A stretch of 64,000 nt of DNA, taken from NCBI RefSeq assembly GCF_001194135.2, contig NC_068992.1, forward strand, positions 46,434,454-46,498,453, in the 5' to 3' direction. This stretch comes from Octopus bimaculoides. Lineage: Eukaryota. Below are positions 1 through 13,177 of the stretch, piece by piece (positions within the stretch are counted from its first letter, which is position 1; every line of letters starts with the position of its first letter). The notes under the pieces are model-generated. The model was given only the letters and a program-made list of their open reading frames with translations. It did no database searches and was not told the DNA's origin. The position numbers were made by a program, and so were the translations under genes.

Positions 1-424
1 TATATATATATATATATATGCAGACATGGATATGATCGCATTATTGATTTTTAGTTTTTGTTTAAAAATATTTTCCTAAAAATAGAAACAAAAAAATTAT
101 CAGGTATGTTCGTTCAGAAATGTGTAATAATACCAATTCTTTGGAAATACTAGTTGTTGAAGAAGAGAGAAGTAGAGGAAAAAGTAGAAGACGGAGGGAA
201 AAATTAAAAAAAACACCAGACAGGAGACAGGATAAGAAAACGAAGAGGAGCTAGAAAAAAAAAGATGACAGAAGAAGAAGAAAACAAGACAGAAGACACG
301 AGACAGTGAAAGAAGACAGAAGAAAGGAGACAAAACGAAAAATATTATGTCAATCGTTGTGGTGGCGACAACGCCGGCGACGATGGTGGTGATCATGCTG
401 ATGATGAACTAGAAGGAAAAAGAA

Positions 425-426
<2 letters not shown>

Positions 427-503
<77 letters not shown>
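427..503. repeat. (ATT)n microsatellite
   Basis: Perfect ATT array seen directly; it explains the poly-N stretch in ORF 393..665. Confidence 0.97.
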
Positions 504-999
504 TCGTTGAATAAAATATAGTTTGAAAATATTCGAAGAAAGAGAGAGGACGAGTGAAACCAGCATATTTAAAATGAAAAAAATAAATGTGTGAAGGTGA
601 AAAAGTGGTTTTCTCCTTAAAGACAAGAAAATAAGAAAGAAAGAAAGAAAGAAAGTGCCATGCATTGAATGGTATTGTCTGTTGTATGGTACTTTAAAAA
701 GACAATATAGTAATCATTTGAGGCTAAACATTGATCCAAAATTCGTTGCCATTGGCCAAACTACATTTGAGAACAAATACAACAATACAGTTAAATCTGG
801 CGAAGAAAATTAATGTGTTTAAACATAACCATGGCACTTTTAATTCAAGGAAAGAATTGGTTTGTTTTCTACCATTAACTCACAATTATTTAAGGGTGTA
901 TATTTCTATTAGCAGTTAGTGATAATAGACTAATCTTGAAATATTTCCTCCAAATATTTCCTGTCATTTAGATTAAGGAGGTTATATTGTTGTTGATGA

Positions 1000-1295
1000 T
1001 GATGTTGTGTACCTCCAGGGCAACAATTGTCGGCATTAAAAAATGTATATAACATGATATTATCAAATTATATTCCAGTGTGGTGAATCATTTGTTGGAT
1101 CTTGGAGTCATTTTGAATAGATACATATGGGGCAATGTGAGACATAGTTATTTTCCTACATTTCTGAGCTTTTCAAAAACTGCAGTATTTTTTGAGAGAT
1201 ATATTCTCATTTAGTGTATCTAGGACTATATTTTCTAATGTGCCATTCCTTGTGAAAGACTAATTTGAGAGAAATTCAAACTTTGTCGACACTTT
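1000..1295 (-). mobile_element. Degenerate fragment of a SINE-like dispersed repeat
   Basis: Reverse complement contains 'ggcacattagaaaatatagtcctagatacacta', resembling the repeat body at 23105-23400. Confidence 0.35.
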
Positions 1296-1929
1296 TAAAC
1301 TTTTCCTAATGAAAATTGATAAATTTATAATCTACTAATAAGTATTGTGCAATCCTTCAGTTACATCCTGAATCGTGATTATATGTAAGATGATATAAAC
1401 ACAATTATCAATATATATGAAAATACGCACAAACTGACATACCTCATATACATACATACTTACGTACATATATGTGTGAATGTGTGTATGTATGTATGTA
1501 CGTAAATTATACTGAAGCCAAAATATTCATTTATCAGCCAATTCTCTTACGAATAATATTAATATCAGTAAAATAAATGTTTTGTCTATAATAAATTATG
1601 TCTCTGATTTCATTCCATACTCAAATAACTTACCAAATTATATAAATGCTGTCTGCGTAATATATTATATTTCGATTGTGATGCTTGGGTAAGATTTTGA
1701 TGATTTAAACCAGTACGTACATATATATTTGTAGAATAATATTGTTTAGTAAGAACGTGTTATATGAGTAATATCAAAATTTGCCATTGTTATTGCCATC
1801 ACAAATATTTTCCTTCAACTTCCAGGTTGTCTTAAAGTGAGGGATTGCTTATTTTCTGAATGATTACAGTAATCTTATATAAATCCTAGACAGCGAATTG
1901 GTGATGTTAGAGCGTCATAAAAATACATT

Positions 1930-2946
1930 GTGTTTAAATGCTTTAAAAAATCGTCGTCAACGAGCGAAAGATCAAGCGAATATGGAGGATGAGGTTTAGT
2001 CTCGTACCCCAAATCTATCAGTTTCTGCAGCATCATTCTTGCAACATGTGGTTTGAATTATCATGGAGCAAAATTGGACCACACCGCTTTACCAATGCAG
2101 GTCTCATTTTGTGCAAGTGAGCACGCGTTTCAGCGAGCTGATTGCAGTAAACCTCCGCAGTAATGCTCTGATTGGCTTCCAGAAAGCTGTAATGGATAAC
2201 ACCAATTGCAGATCAGCAGATAATCACCATAATCTTTTATTGATGCAACTTTGGCTTTGAGAAATATGTGGTGGATTCATCACGATCAAGCCACTGATCT
2301 GATCGTTTACGGTTATCATAGAGGAACTACTTTTCGTGACAAGTGACTATTCGGTCAAGAAAATGATCACTGGTGTTTCGCAGAAAGAGCATGGAGCACA
2401 CGTAAAAACGCTGAACTTTTTGATTTTCATTGAGCCCGTGCGGTACCCATTTATCAAGGATCTTCAACTAACCAATCTTCTGAAGATTACGTAAGACCGT
2501 TGCAATACCAACGCCAAGTGCATGAGATATTTTTCTGACAGTTTGACGTGGACTTTGTTCAACAATTGCTTTCAGTTGTTCATTGTCAAGACTGCATATC
2601 CGTCCTCTACCTTCTTCGTCTTCAAGGCTCTCATCACCACTACGAAATTTCTGAAACCACCTTCGTAATATGCAATCAGTTGTGGACCCCTCTCTCCATT
2701 CTTTGTTGATATCGGCAGTAGATCGAATTCAATTTCATTTATTTTATGTATCATGGCTACATAACAGTATTGATGAACAGTGTTCAGTCATATTAACAAC
2801 GCGTCACTGGTTATATTTAGCCTCAGAACATCAACAATTACGAGGAGCTGCTGAAAATGTCATTGCTTTGGGTAAAAGAAGATACAAGAGGATCAGTTAA
2901 TTATGATTTATTAAACATATTCCCGTCTTATTTTCACCCACCTATT
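1930..2946 (-). mobile_element. Mariner transposon remnant (cecropia/Hsmar1-like), 3'-truncated, transposase pseudogenised
   Basis: Minus-strand translation gives RRWFQKFRSGDESLEDEEGRG...LDKWVPHGLNENQK...FLDRIVTCHEK*FLYDNRKRS...KPKLHQ*KIMV...PILLHDNS...KPHPPYSLDLS...FFKHLN. These match the mariner WVPHEL, VTCDEKW, HDNA and HPPYSPDL motifs. A TIR-like sequence lies at about 2918-2946. Confidence 0.93.
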
Positions 2947-3093
2947 AATTGCAGCGGTCCATCAAGTTTTCTAAGCCCTATAAAAGAACTCAAAATATTG
3001 TGCTTCCAAGTAGGTCTTTCGCGACACTATTAAAGCCATGAGATTTCCAGCACCGACTCGTATACTTCGCTTAAGTATTGATAACCTACATAT

Positions 3094-3096
3094 ATG

Positions 3097-3158
<62 letters not shown>
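3094..3158. repeat. (TA)n microsatellite (representative of many in the window)
   Basis: Direct repeat array. Confidence 0.97.
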
Positions 3159-3162
<4 letters not shown>

Positions 3163-4265
3163 TATATGTCCCTCTCTATAAAGGTATGTGTTTAGATGGC
3201 TAGTTGCCTAACATCTTGTGTTGTTTTCTTTAACTTATGTTATCAATATATGGTAACTTCCTGTTTTCAATTTAGCATTACCCTTCAGTAGAACTGACGC
3301 AGTTAATGCGAAACCTCTGTCAAAGCCGCTCTACAGTTCTTGGAAATCGTTTGCAGTTTACAAAGTAAAAAGTGCACAAATAGAACAAAAACTGAATTAC
3401 TGTTAGAAAAACGTAGCTGTCAGAACAATTACCTTAATGTCTTATAGACAAAGAATTTTCTGACCTGACGACTGTTTCATTGAACATGGTTAAAAACTCA
3501 CCAAAATTGTATGTTGTTTTTTGAGAATGAACCGTTACAGGATATAAATGCTGAAGTATATATACATATACACACACATATGTATATCTATAAATACACA
3601 CACATAGGTGTATGTATATACATATGAATATACATACAGACACATATGCATACATACATGCATCCATACATACGTACATACACACATACCTACATACATG
3701 CTTACATATGTCTCTGATATTATGCATTGTATTTCTTTAAAGGAATCTATTCTCCGAATTCCTTTTACTTTTTCGTTTCTATTAATCTACTAGACATCTC
3801 CAGTTATAAGAAAGTAAGCATGGATGATGCATAAAGTGAGAAAAGACTTCGGGTACGTTGGTAAAAAAAAAAGTTTTTAATGTAGGAAGATATTTTGTGA
3901 TCCCACTTCGCTTCTGCGTAACTGCGATATATCTCCTGTTATATATCAACGTTAAGTCATGTTCCAAGGAAGTGAGTTACTGTTGACTTGAAGCAGCTTG
4001 AAATAAATCTTCCACGTATTCACCATGTCTAAACAACTGTCACGAATAATAATAATAATAATAATAATGAAAATAATACAATAAAGTGATACTATGGAAA
4101 AAAAACGTGAATATAAAAATTAATAGAAAGAATCCGAGAAACATTTATTTAAACAAAAATCATGGAACTACTGAACGAGAAGAAAATGGTTACGGAAAAA
4201 GAATTCTAGTTATACGCAAAGTATGCATATATCCATATCTTTATAAGTACCCATATATACATACA

Positions 4266-4297
<32 letters not shown>

Positions 4298-4379
4298 NNN
4301 NNNNNNNNNNNNNNNNNNNNNNNNNNNNNNNNNNNNNNNNNNNNNNNNNNNNNNNNNNNNNNNNNNNNNNNNNNNNNNN

Positions 4380-4412
<33 letters not shown>

Positions 4413-5145
4413 AGTGAGAGAAAGAGACGGAGAGAGAGAAAGAGACGGAGAGAGAGAGAGCGAGAGAGGAAAAGTGAGAGGGATAGACAGAAAGTGAGTG
4501 TGCGTGTCTGCGCGTTTGAGTGTGCGGCGGGCAACACGCACATGTACATATTTACATACACATGCTTACGTAGAGTTATGCTTGATTATAACAGATGCAC
4601 ATAAATTCGAAATTCACAGAAGCATCGTTTCTTACAGATTAGTGCCAAGTTACTTTTAATCCTCTTAATCCTTGATCAAAAACATTCCATCGCATAATTC
4701 TAGTATCATCTTTAAACATGTTTATGACAATATTTATCAGTGCTTTTAATATTTCATATTAACAGTATCTGTATTACCAACGATTTAGCTGCTATTTTTA
4801 GCAGGTCGTCCCAGATGCTTTACATTAAAAAAAAAATATTGATTTCCTTTATTGCTCAAGGGAGACAATAAGGGCCATTTCAGTTTCTATAAGAACTATT
4901 GTTTTGTTTTTGTTAACAAATATTTCAATACGAATTATGTTTTCCTGCGCTAAACACGAAACAGGTTCCATGTATCTGTTATGCAGGAGTCACGCATAGA
5001 ATGAAAGTTATTTATTGTTCACATACGCAAACTGGATTCGACTTTGATAGAAATTTTCTCTGAGGGGAAACTAAGACACACACAAACACACATCTTCTGA
5101 TATTATATATAATATATATGTATATATGTGTGTATGTATATGTAC

Positions 5146-5181
<36 letters not shown>

Positions 5182-5310
5182 GCAATTTACAGAAAAAAAA
5201 ACAAAAGACGAAGACAGGTGTATAAACAACAAACAGGTGTATTAGTTTAATGCTCGGGAACGTGAGAAAATCTTTTACGTTTCGAGCAAACATTATTTGA
5301 AATTTTCAAC

Positions 5311-5463
5311 GTATACATTGGCTATAAGAAAGAGTCTGATACTGAGGCATATAAACCCGCGACGGAAAAAAATATTGGTATTAATAGACGTCAGTAATAA
5401 CCACTTTTTTCGGCCGTTCTTTTATGCCCTGATATTAGACTATACTCTATAGTCAACATATAC
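5311..5463. repeat. Degenerate foldback (old hairpin element)
   Basis: 5311-5371 aligns by eye with the reverse complement of about 5405-5463 (gtatacattggctataag...ggaaaaaa versus gtatatgttgactatagag...cgaaaaaa). Confidence 0.6.
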
Positions 5464-5959
5464 GGTGAAAACTTAAGATTCTGTTTACGAAAAATGTTCA
5501 CCGGTCAAGTTTCTTAAGATACGTGTGATATACACGTATGTTCCCTCTGTCTATAGAAATGTTTACAGATGCTCTCACACGCTTGTGGTATCTGTCAGTC
5601 TTTTTGTACAAGAAATGATATGTGTAATACATAGAGGATATATATATATATATANNNNNNNNNNNNNNNNNNNNNNNNNNNNNNNNNNNNNNNNNNNNNN
5701 NNNNNNNNNNNNNNNNNNNNNNNNNNNNNNNNNNNNNNNNNNNNNNNNNNNNNNNNNNNNNNNNNNNNNNNNNNNNNNNNNNNNNNNNNNNNNNNNNNNN
5801 NNNNNNNNNNNNNNNNNNNNNNNNNNNNNNNNNNNNNNNNNNNNNNNNNNNNNNNNNNNNNNNNNNNNNNNNNNNNNNNNNNNNNNNNNNNNNNNNNNNN
5901 NNNNNNNNNNNNNNNNNNNNNNNNNNNNNNNNNNNNNNNNACTACGGCAGCGGTACTGG

Positions 5960-6413
5960 AAATTAATAGTTATCGCCAAGCCAACATGGCAGTCCCAAAA
6001 TTAGGACGAAAGCTGCCGTGAATTAGCTCCAAGAAGCCATCGCCTCTAGCTAGCTATGTGACACACGAAACCTGTGTCCTTTATAACCCTCGAACAGGGG
6101 AGGTCAGCAGTGTCCCCCTGCTGGTTTGACATCTGCAGACTAGTTTCAGGGTGTTGCTCCTTGTCAATGCAGAGCAGCCAAGCCCTAGCCAGGCGGCGCT
6201 GCTGACTATCAGTTCGAAGGTTATTTATCTAATTTCAGTGGAATCAAAGGACACAGGTTTCGTGTGTCACATAGCTAGCTAGAGGCGATGGCTTCTTGGA
6301 GCTGATTCACGGCAGCTTTCGTCCTAATTTTGGGANNNNNNNNNNGCTGATTCACGGCAGCTTTCGTCCTAATTTTGGGACTGCCATGTTGGCTTGGCGA
6401 TAACTATTAATTT
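5960..6413. mobile_element. MITE/foldback element with about 122-bp TIRs
   Basis: 5960-6082 is the reverse complement of 6246-6413 with one mismatch, once a 35-bp gap-spanning duplication is discounted. The core is about 163 bp and non-coding; (TA)n lies on the right flank. Confidence 0.88.
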
Positions 6414-7858
6414 ATATATATATATATATATATATTACCTGATGCTGATTTGTACTGGATCGTTGGCAAAGAGAATTATTTACTGTACCTTAAATATTTG
6501 ATAAAGTTTAGTTCTGAGGAATATTACTGTTTGCGAAAGCGCAATAACATGTGCATTTTTCTATGTGTGTGCTTCTGCGTGTGTGTGTGTGTGTGTGCTT
6601 CTGTGTGTACGTGTGTGTGTATGCGCGCGTCTGTGTGTATGCCCGCGCGTGTGTGTGTGTGTGTGTGTGTGTAAATATCGAATTTTAATCGTATAAATTA
6701 AAATCACTATCTCTGCGAAAATAATTGTCATATATATAAATCCAATGTATAAATCTAATCAGGCTAATACGACATCCAATATATATATTTTTAAGCTTAT
6801 TCCTATAGATTGCTATCGAATTCTAAGTCAGCATTGAAAATTACGACATTTCCCATACGAATATCTTTATACAAACAATGCGATCGATGATAGGAAAAAA
6901 ATAGGTAATGTGTGTATATACCTATTTCATGAGCGATTCGAATTTTTTCGGTTATTCCAAGCGTCGGAACTTCAGTCATGGCTCGTACCTTGAAAATATC
7001 TGAAGTTTTTTTAATAGGATGAGGCACTTATAAGGTGAAAATTTAAGGGAAAAAAGTGCGACTGATAGCCGAATATATACGGTATATATACGGATATAAA
7101 TATGACATTTATTGTCTCGTGGAGGCAGGTTGCAAATTTATACGATTAAAATTCGAAGCAGTTGAATGACTTGCCAATATATATTAAACAGATAAATTAA
7201 ATAAGACAAGTGTGTGTGTGCGTAATTGTGTGTGCACGCACGCGCACGTGCGTGTGTATGTTTGCGTGTGTGCGTGTGCATAGCCACAATAGTAGGACAT
7301 AATATTCTAACAGCCATTTTATTTAGGATTTCATAGTATTAATGGAACAAGAACCAATAATTTTCTTTTGGTTTTATAATGGAAATATTACAATATATTA
7401 CGTACCTGGCAATATTCTTTTTTTGTGACTGGTAGAGAAACAGATTCTGCAATAGAAATGATTTTCCAATACACGTTTGGCAGTTTTTCAGAAAGTACCT
7501 TAAGACAAGCCTTTAGTTTCTTTATAAATGTATAATTTATCTCATACTTACGATGAAATGCGTTTAATTTTTCCTCTAGTTGTGATGTTCTTATTCGTCC
7601 TTGACAAGCATTTTTCGAAGAAGAATTTCTTGCATTTGTTTAATGCCTGACAAACTCCCGAAGGAGAGTAAGAAGTTAAATATATTTGACACAATCGATT
7701 ATTAGCTTTGTTTACGCTTTTGCAATTAGCATAGTTTTATTTCGTGCTTTCCTTGCTTCTGTGCATATAAATGCACATATACATGCACACACGATGGTAT
7801 ACATTCATACTTAGATATATACATATATATGAGTATGTATGTGTGAGTATATATACAT

Positions 7859-7905
<47 letters not shown>

Positions 7906-8770
7906 NNNNNNNNNNNNNNNNNNNNNNNNNNNNNNNNNNNNNNNNNNNNNNNNNNNNNNNNNNNNNNNNNNNNNNNNNNNNNNNNNNNNNNNNNNNNNNN
8001 NNNNNNNNNNNNNNNNNNNNNNNNNNNNNNNNNNNNNNNNNNNNNNNNNNNNNNNNNNNNNNNNNNNNNNNNNNNNNNNNNNNNNACATATATATATATA
8101 TATATATACATACATATATATAGATACACACACACGCACATACGTATATATTATATATATTTGCATGTATATCTACACATACATTATATACTAATATGCT
8201 AAAATGTTTACCAATCTTCTTAAACGTTTTACAAGTGTTTGTAGATACATAAAGTACATGCAAAACATATATGTACACTCATAATCACAAATTTAAATGC
8301 AAATATGTATATAAATATACTTAGAGATATGAGCCTATGTGAGTTGCTAAGCGCGTTTGTCTTTTACTCCCTACTTCTATAGTAAGACAGACACAAGTGT
8401 GTGTGAATGGTATATAGGTATGTGTGTGTCTCACGTACGTACATGCATTCACAGGCATGTACATAACATATATATATATATTATACACACAAACATATAT
8501 AAATGTGTGTGCGTGAGTGTGTGTGTCCATCAGTGTGTGTATGTGTGTGTGCCTGCCTGTGTGTATGTGTGTGCGCGTGTGAGTGTCTGAGTGAGTAAGC
8601 AGGAATTTGGTAGTCACTTCCAATTCATGTTACATTTCTGTTTTATTTTAACTGTTATAGACATTTAAACACACACACTCTCACATGCACACACTCACAC
8701 ACACGCCAGAGACACGCGCGCGCAGAGACTCATACACGCATGTATGTATATTCATGTACATATGAGTACA

Positions 8771-8822
<52 letters not shown>

Positions 8823-9307
8823 CGTATGTATATGTGTGTGTTTATATATGTATGTATATATATGTGCACACTCGAATATATACATTATTGTCTCAATTAT
8901 TTTTAATATTTAATCAAAAGCAACCACGATTATGATCTCTTCGTGGATTAATATCACATCATTGACATTTAAATCTAGATTTTTTTTCTTTTTTAAATGT
9001 TTCAAACCTAACTTCTGTTGCGATTTTACCACAATAAATAATTTCCAAAAGTATTTACTTGAAATATATTTCACTATTGTTAGAAGTATTTATATAGCTT
9101 TATTCGTTTACTTTAATGCTTTATTTCACTTAAATTTATTTCAATTTTATCATTACTATTTCTATGCAGCTTTTCTATTATTCTATTTAATTTCATTTAG
9201 AAATAATATCTATTTATTTGATTTATTTATTTTGATCATTTCCAAAGTTTTGTTTGAGAGATTAATCTGTTAAACAATTTATTATCTGATATTTCGTTTT
9301 AGTTTCA

Positions 9308-9372
9308 TAATAATAATAATCATGATGATGATGATGATAATAATAATAATGATGATAATAATAATAATAATG

Positions 9373-9406
<34 letters not shown>

Positions 9407-9433
9407 TAATAATAATGATAATGATAATAATGG

Positions 9434-9479
<46 letters not shown>

Positions 9480-9520
9480 GATGATGATGATGGTGATAAT
9501 AATGATTATAACGATAACAA
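9308..9520. repeat. Compound (AAT)n/(GAT)n microsatellite
   Basis: Direct; it explains the poly-M/poly-I ORF 9322..9651. Confidence 0.95.
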
Positions 9521-9731
9521 TAATAAGAATAACAGAAGTAACAATAATTAGAATTATCTTTATTGCTACTGATTATTTAACTAATTATTATTTGTATTTT
9601 GTTATGCCTTTAATACTGTTTTTTTTTATCTCACGCTTTTACTCCATGTAAATCTCCCGTTTCGGCTTGTTATTATGCTGCTCTTGTACACTGATATTGC
9701 ATTTCATTGTTCTGTAATATTCAAACGTGTC

Positions 9732-9860
9732 AAGGCAGCGAGCTGGCAGAAACGTTAAGCACGCTGCGTGAAATGTTTGGCAGTATTTCGTCCGTCTTTA
9801 CGTTCTGAGTTCAAATTCCACTTAAGTTCAATAAATTAAGCACCTTGTGCCTAGAGTAAA
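9732..9860 (+). mobile_element. tRNA-derived SINE, internally deleted
   Basis: A-box-like 'agctggcagaaacgttaagc' and B-box-like 'gagttcaaattcc'; related copies lie at 12165-12375 and 12551-12745. Confidence 0.75.
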
Positions 9861-10116
9861 ACAACAAAATCAAATACGTCTCTAAAGTTGTTGTTTTTTT
9901 TTTATCTCGCCAACTGATTCCATCAAAAACACTCTACTCTTTCATTTTCCTTTCGTGCCTAGTTATGTAGGCCCCAATACATGCTCCTTCTTGTAACCAA
10001 TGAAATAATTTTTCTTCCTCTTCTTCTGCCTCATCTTCTGACTCCTCATCCGCTTCCTCCTCGACATCGTCATTATCACCACCAGTACCACCATCATCAT
10101 CATTATCATCATCATC

Positions 10117-10159
<43 letters not shown>

Positions 10160-10194
10160 ATCACATTCATTTTCATCATCTTTTTCTCAACGTT

Positions 10195-10545
10195 TTCTCT
10201 TTTCTTCTTGATATGTTGAACTCCTGGCACTGCCGCGTCATTTAATAGGCACTTTTGTTTGCCCCTCCTCAAGATTACAATATCCACCCTTCGGTGCTCT
10301 AATAATTTGTCTGTCTGGAAGTCAAAGTTCCAAAGGATTTTTGCCTTCCCCTTTTCATCCGTTACATCTATTTACCAATTGGGTCGCAATTTTCACCCTC
10401 TTTCCACAGAGTCTGGTCCCATTATCGCTGCCATCACAACCATAGTAGCTTACTATGCATGCCGTGATTCCTGATCCACATATAGGAACTCAGATTGCGC
10501 CACCTACGTCGATTTCTGTACAGTGAGCCTGTGTGGGCTCATATG
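10195..10545 (-). mobile_element. R2-superfamily (R4/Dong-like) LINE fragment, restriction-like endonuclease domain
   Basis: Translation AKILWNFDFQTDKLLEHRRVDIVILRRGKQKCLLNDAAVPG matches the RLE pattern ILWDF..QTD....RPDIVV......C..ID.AVP. Confidence 0.78.
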
Positions 10546-10559
10546 TGAGACACGTCTTT

Positions 10560-11260
10560 CCAAGTTCATCCTCTGTGCTGGGTGATGAAAAGATCGTGAC
10601 TCAGTGCCTGCTACCTATAATGTCGTCAGTCCCTCACAGCCCTCTACCAATTAGGTAATGGGATCGGTGATGGTCTGTTTTGACAATATATAAAGGTTTA
10701 ATGGTGGGGAGAGTGACCATGTTCTCGGGGACCCTAGGTGTCGACAAAAATGAACTGGCTAGTCTGTTCTGGATGACTTTCTAGCCTTGAATTATCATGG
10801 ATAATTTCCAGATGTCTTTGGCATGGCATGCTACAGGAGGTGCTACCGTTTCGCAATAAACTCTATAGTCACGGATGTTCTCTTATATATGGACTTGTCC
10901 CAGGTACGTACTGAGCGACGAAACCGTCCTGAACGCATTTGTTCAGTGTCCGGTTATTGCTTACTTGTGTAGTTATATCGTACAGCTCCAGTCACGTGTG
11001 GCAAGTCTGTAATGATGATTGCCCTGCTGCCCTCCTTCAATCGGGCAGGTAAGCAGTTTCCTTTTCCTTGGTGGCAGTGGGAAAAGAGGTTGGACGAAGG
11101 TGAAAGGCATGGAAACATATAAATTCCTATTTGGTAAAGTCCTCATTGACTTTTCAAGTTTGAAAGGAAAAAGAAGGTAATGGTAGAGGGGATGTGCTAT
11201 CCTCTGTGAATTTGTTGAATGTTGGGTGAAATTTTCGAAAATGGCAAGAGTGCATAGTAC
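10560..11260 (+). mobile_element. L1/Tx1-clade LINE 3' fragment (zf-RVT region)
   Basis: Frameshifted translation SLAW..VLPFRNKLYSHG..TCPR....DETVLNAFVQCP; the 3' part resembles the reverse complement of 56300-56560. Confidence 0.7.
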
Positions 11261-11614
11261 CGCTCTAAATATAAAGCTGAGTCGGAGAGAAGGAGTTGGA
11301 GAAGGTACTTGCTCTTGATGTTCAGAGAGACCTTGTGTCAGGGTGACCACATCACCATCACGTCTTTTTTTTTACCTTTTATTCTTCTATACTATGCGTA
11401 CTTATCTTCTTTGTTTTATTGTATACTGTGTATACATTCAATTTTTGTTATCAATTTCATTGTCCGTAAACCCCACACACATGTCTGCTTTGTATTACCC
11501 TCCTCATCCTTCGCCCTGGTGGCAAAGAAAACAAATCATCATCATCGTCGTCGTCGTCGTTTCCATCATCAGCGTCACCACCACCGTCATCACCATCTTC
11601 CTCCTCCTCCTCCC

Positions 11615-11653
<39 letters not shown>

Positions 11654-12164
11654 TATCATCATCATTCTCTCGCTGTTGATGTTCTTATTTTATTGTTATA
11701 TCCCCGGGGTACATTACTTTCTGTTTTTGACATTTACTTGAAGCTAATATATTTAATTAGACATGATGCTATCGATGGAGCTTGAAACAAACGACAATAA
11801 TCTCATGTAAATTAGTGTTACATATACATTTAATGTTAGCACAATTACTGTGCGTATAAGATTGAAGCCGATACTAGTAATTGAGTAATATCATTTTGTT
11901 CTTTCCGAAAGCACGGGAAATAACTTTAAATCGTTCCGCGGTTTTTAAATGTCAGCCGCACACTGTCTATTTCAATGTACATAACTATTAGTAAAAGAAA
12001 TATAGTTACGCACTGTTGAATGTAGAAAATTTTCAAATGACCGCTAAATAAAAACCCTCAGTCTCCATTCTCATGAAAAAAATATAGTTAAGTTAATGCT
12101 AACATCTTTACTACAGAGTGAACCAAAACAAACCGAGGAACAACTATGTGCCAAATATTGATTC

Positions 12165-12375
12165 CAATTTTGGCACAAGGACAGCAATTTCAGGAGAAGC
12201 TATAAGTCGATTACATCGACCCCATTGTTCAAATGCTATTTATTTTATCGACCGACCACCAAGGATGAAAAGTAAGGTCAACCACAGGAAAATGTAAGCC
12301 CAGAAGGTGAGGTTGTATGAAATACCGCTAAGTATTTCGCCCGACATGCTAATCATTCTGCTTGCTCATCTACTA
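12165..12375 (-). mobile_element. tRNA-derived SINE
   Basis: Same family as 9732-9860, in reverse orientation (gcacaagg...gattacatcgacccc...tattttatcgacc...gctaag). Confidence 0.7.
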
Positions 12376-12550
12376 AAAATGTGCCAAATATTAACACAAT
12401 CTGATGAAAGTGATACATAACTACGACTTATATACATAAGATAACATCCGAATTTTTATAAATCTATCAATATTTATATGCTTTCTCGCATAATGATGAT
12501 AATAATAATCGTTTCTAATTTCAAATCAAAAAACAAAAACCTAATAGTGA

Positions 12551-12745
12551 TAACTCTTTCTACTAATGGTACAAGGCTTTAAATTTGCTGAGTGGGGACT
12601 ACTCGATTACATCAACATTAGTGTTCAACTGGAACTTATTTTATCGACCTTGAAAGGATGAAAAGCAAATCGACCTCGGCAGAGTTTGAACTGTGACGGT
12701 TGAAATGCCGTTAAGCTTTTTGTGCGGCGTGCCAACAGTTCTGCT
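12551..12745 (-). mobile_element. tRNA-derived SINE
   Basis: Homologous to 12165-12375; 'tttgaac' is the reverse of a B-box. Confidence 0.72.
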
Positions 12746-13142
12746 GGAGAAGGCAAGCACTGCGACAACGACGACGACAACGAAGAAGAAGAAGAAGAAG
12801 AAGAAGAAGGGGGAGGAGGAGGAGGAGAAGAAGGTAAGGATGATGATGATTATGATGATGACTACGACGACGATGACGACGATCATGAATGAACAACGAG
12901 GAAAAGTATCAAGAGCGCCGGGTTGGTTTCTTCACAGTGAATTCTAGTTTGTTGCTTTTGTTATTATTTAGGTATTCTAATTATCGATCTCGTTTTGTTT
13001 TATTTTCTTCACTCCTTCCGATATCCATTTCTGAGATAAATGAAGCCAAATGAAGAAATATTTCGGCGTTTCTTTCTTTCCACCGCCACGCTTTCTTTTC
13101 TATACCTGCAAATATATAATATTTATCGTATAATATAATAAT

Positions 13143-13177
<35 letters not shown>

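Noticed and set aside
3502-3550. Minus-strand 49-nt exon candidate with gtgagt donor
   Set aside because: The acceptor sits in a TA/TG microsatellite, no peptide is recognisable, and there is no compatible neighbour.
6301-6380. 35-bp direct duplication across a 10-N gap inside the MITE arm
   Set aside because: Typical unmerged contig overlap (assembly artefact); the opposite arm has only one copy.
6555-6672. Alternating purine-pyrimidine tract with CG runs (Z-DNA potential)
   Set aside because: Such GT/GC tracts are ubiquitous in this window.
7552-7646. Minus-strand 95-nt exon candidate (ALNKCKKFFFEK..., gtaagt donor)
   Set aside because: No homology recognised; its phase is incompatible with the nearest downstream candidate; such signals arise by chance in AT-rich DNA.
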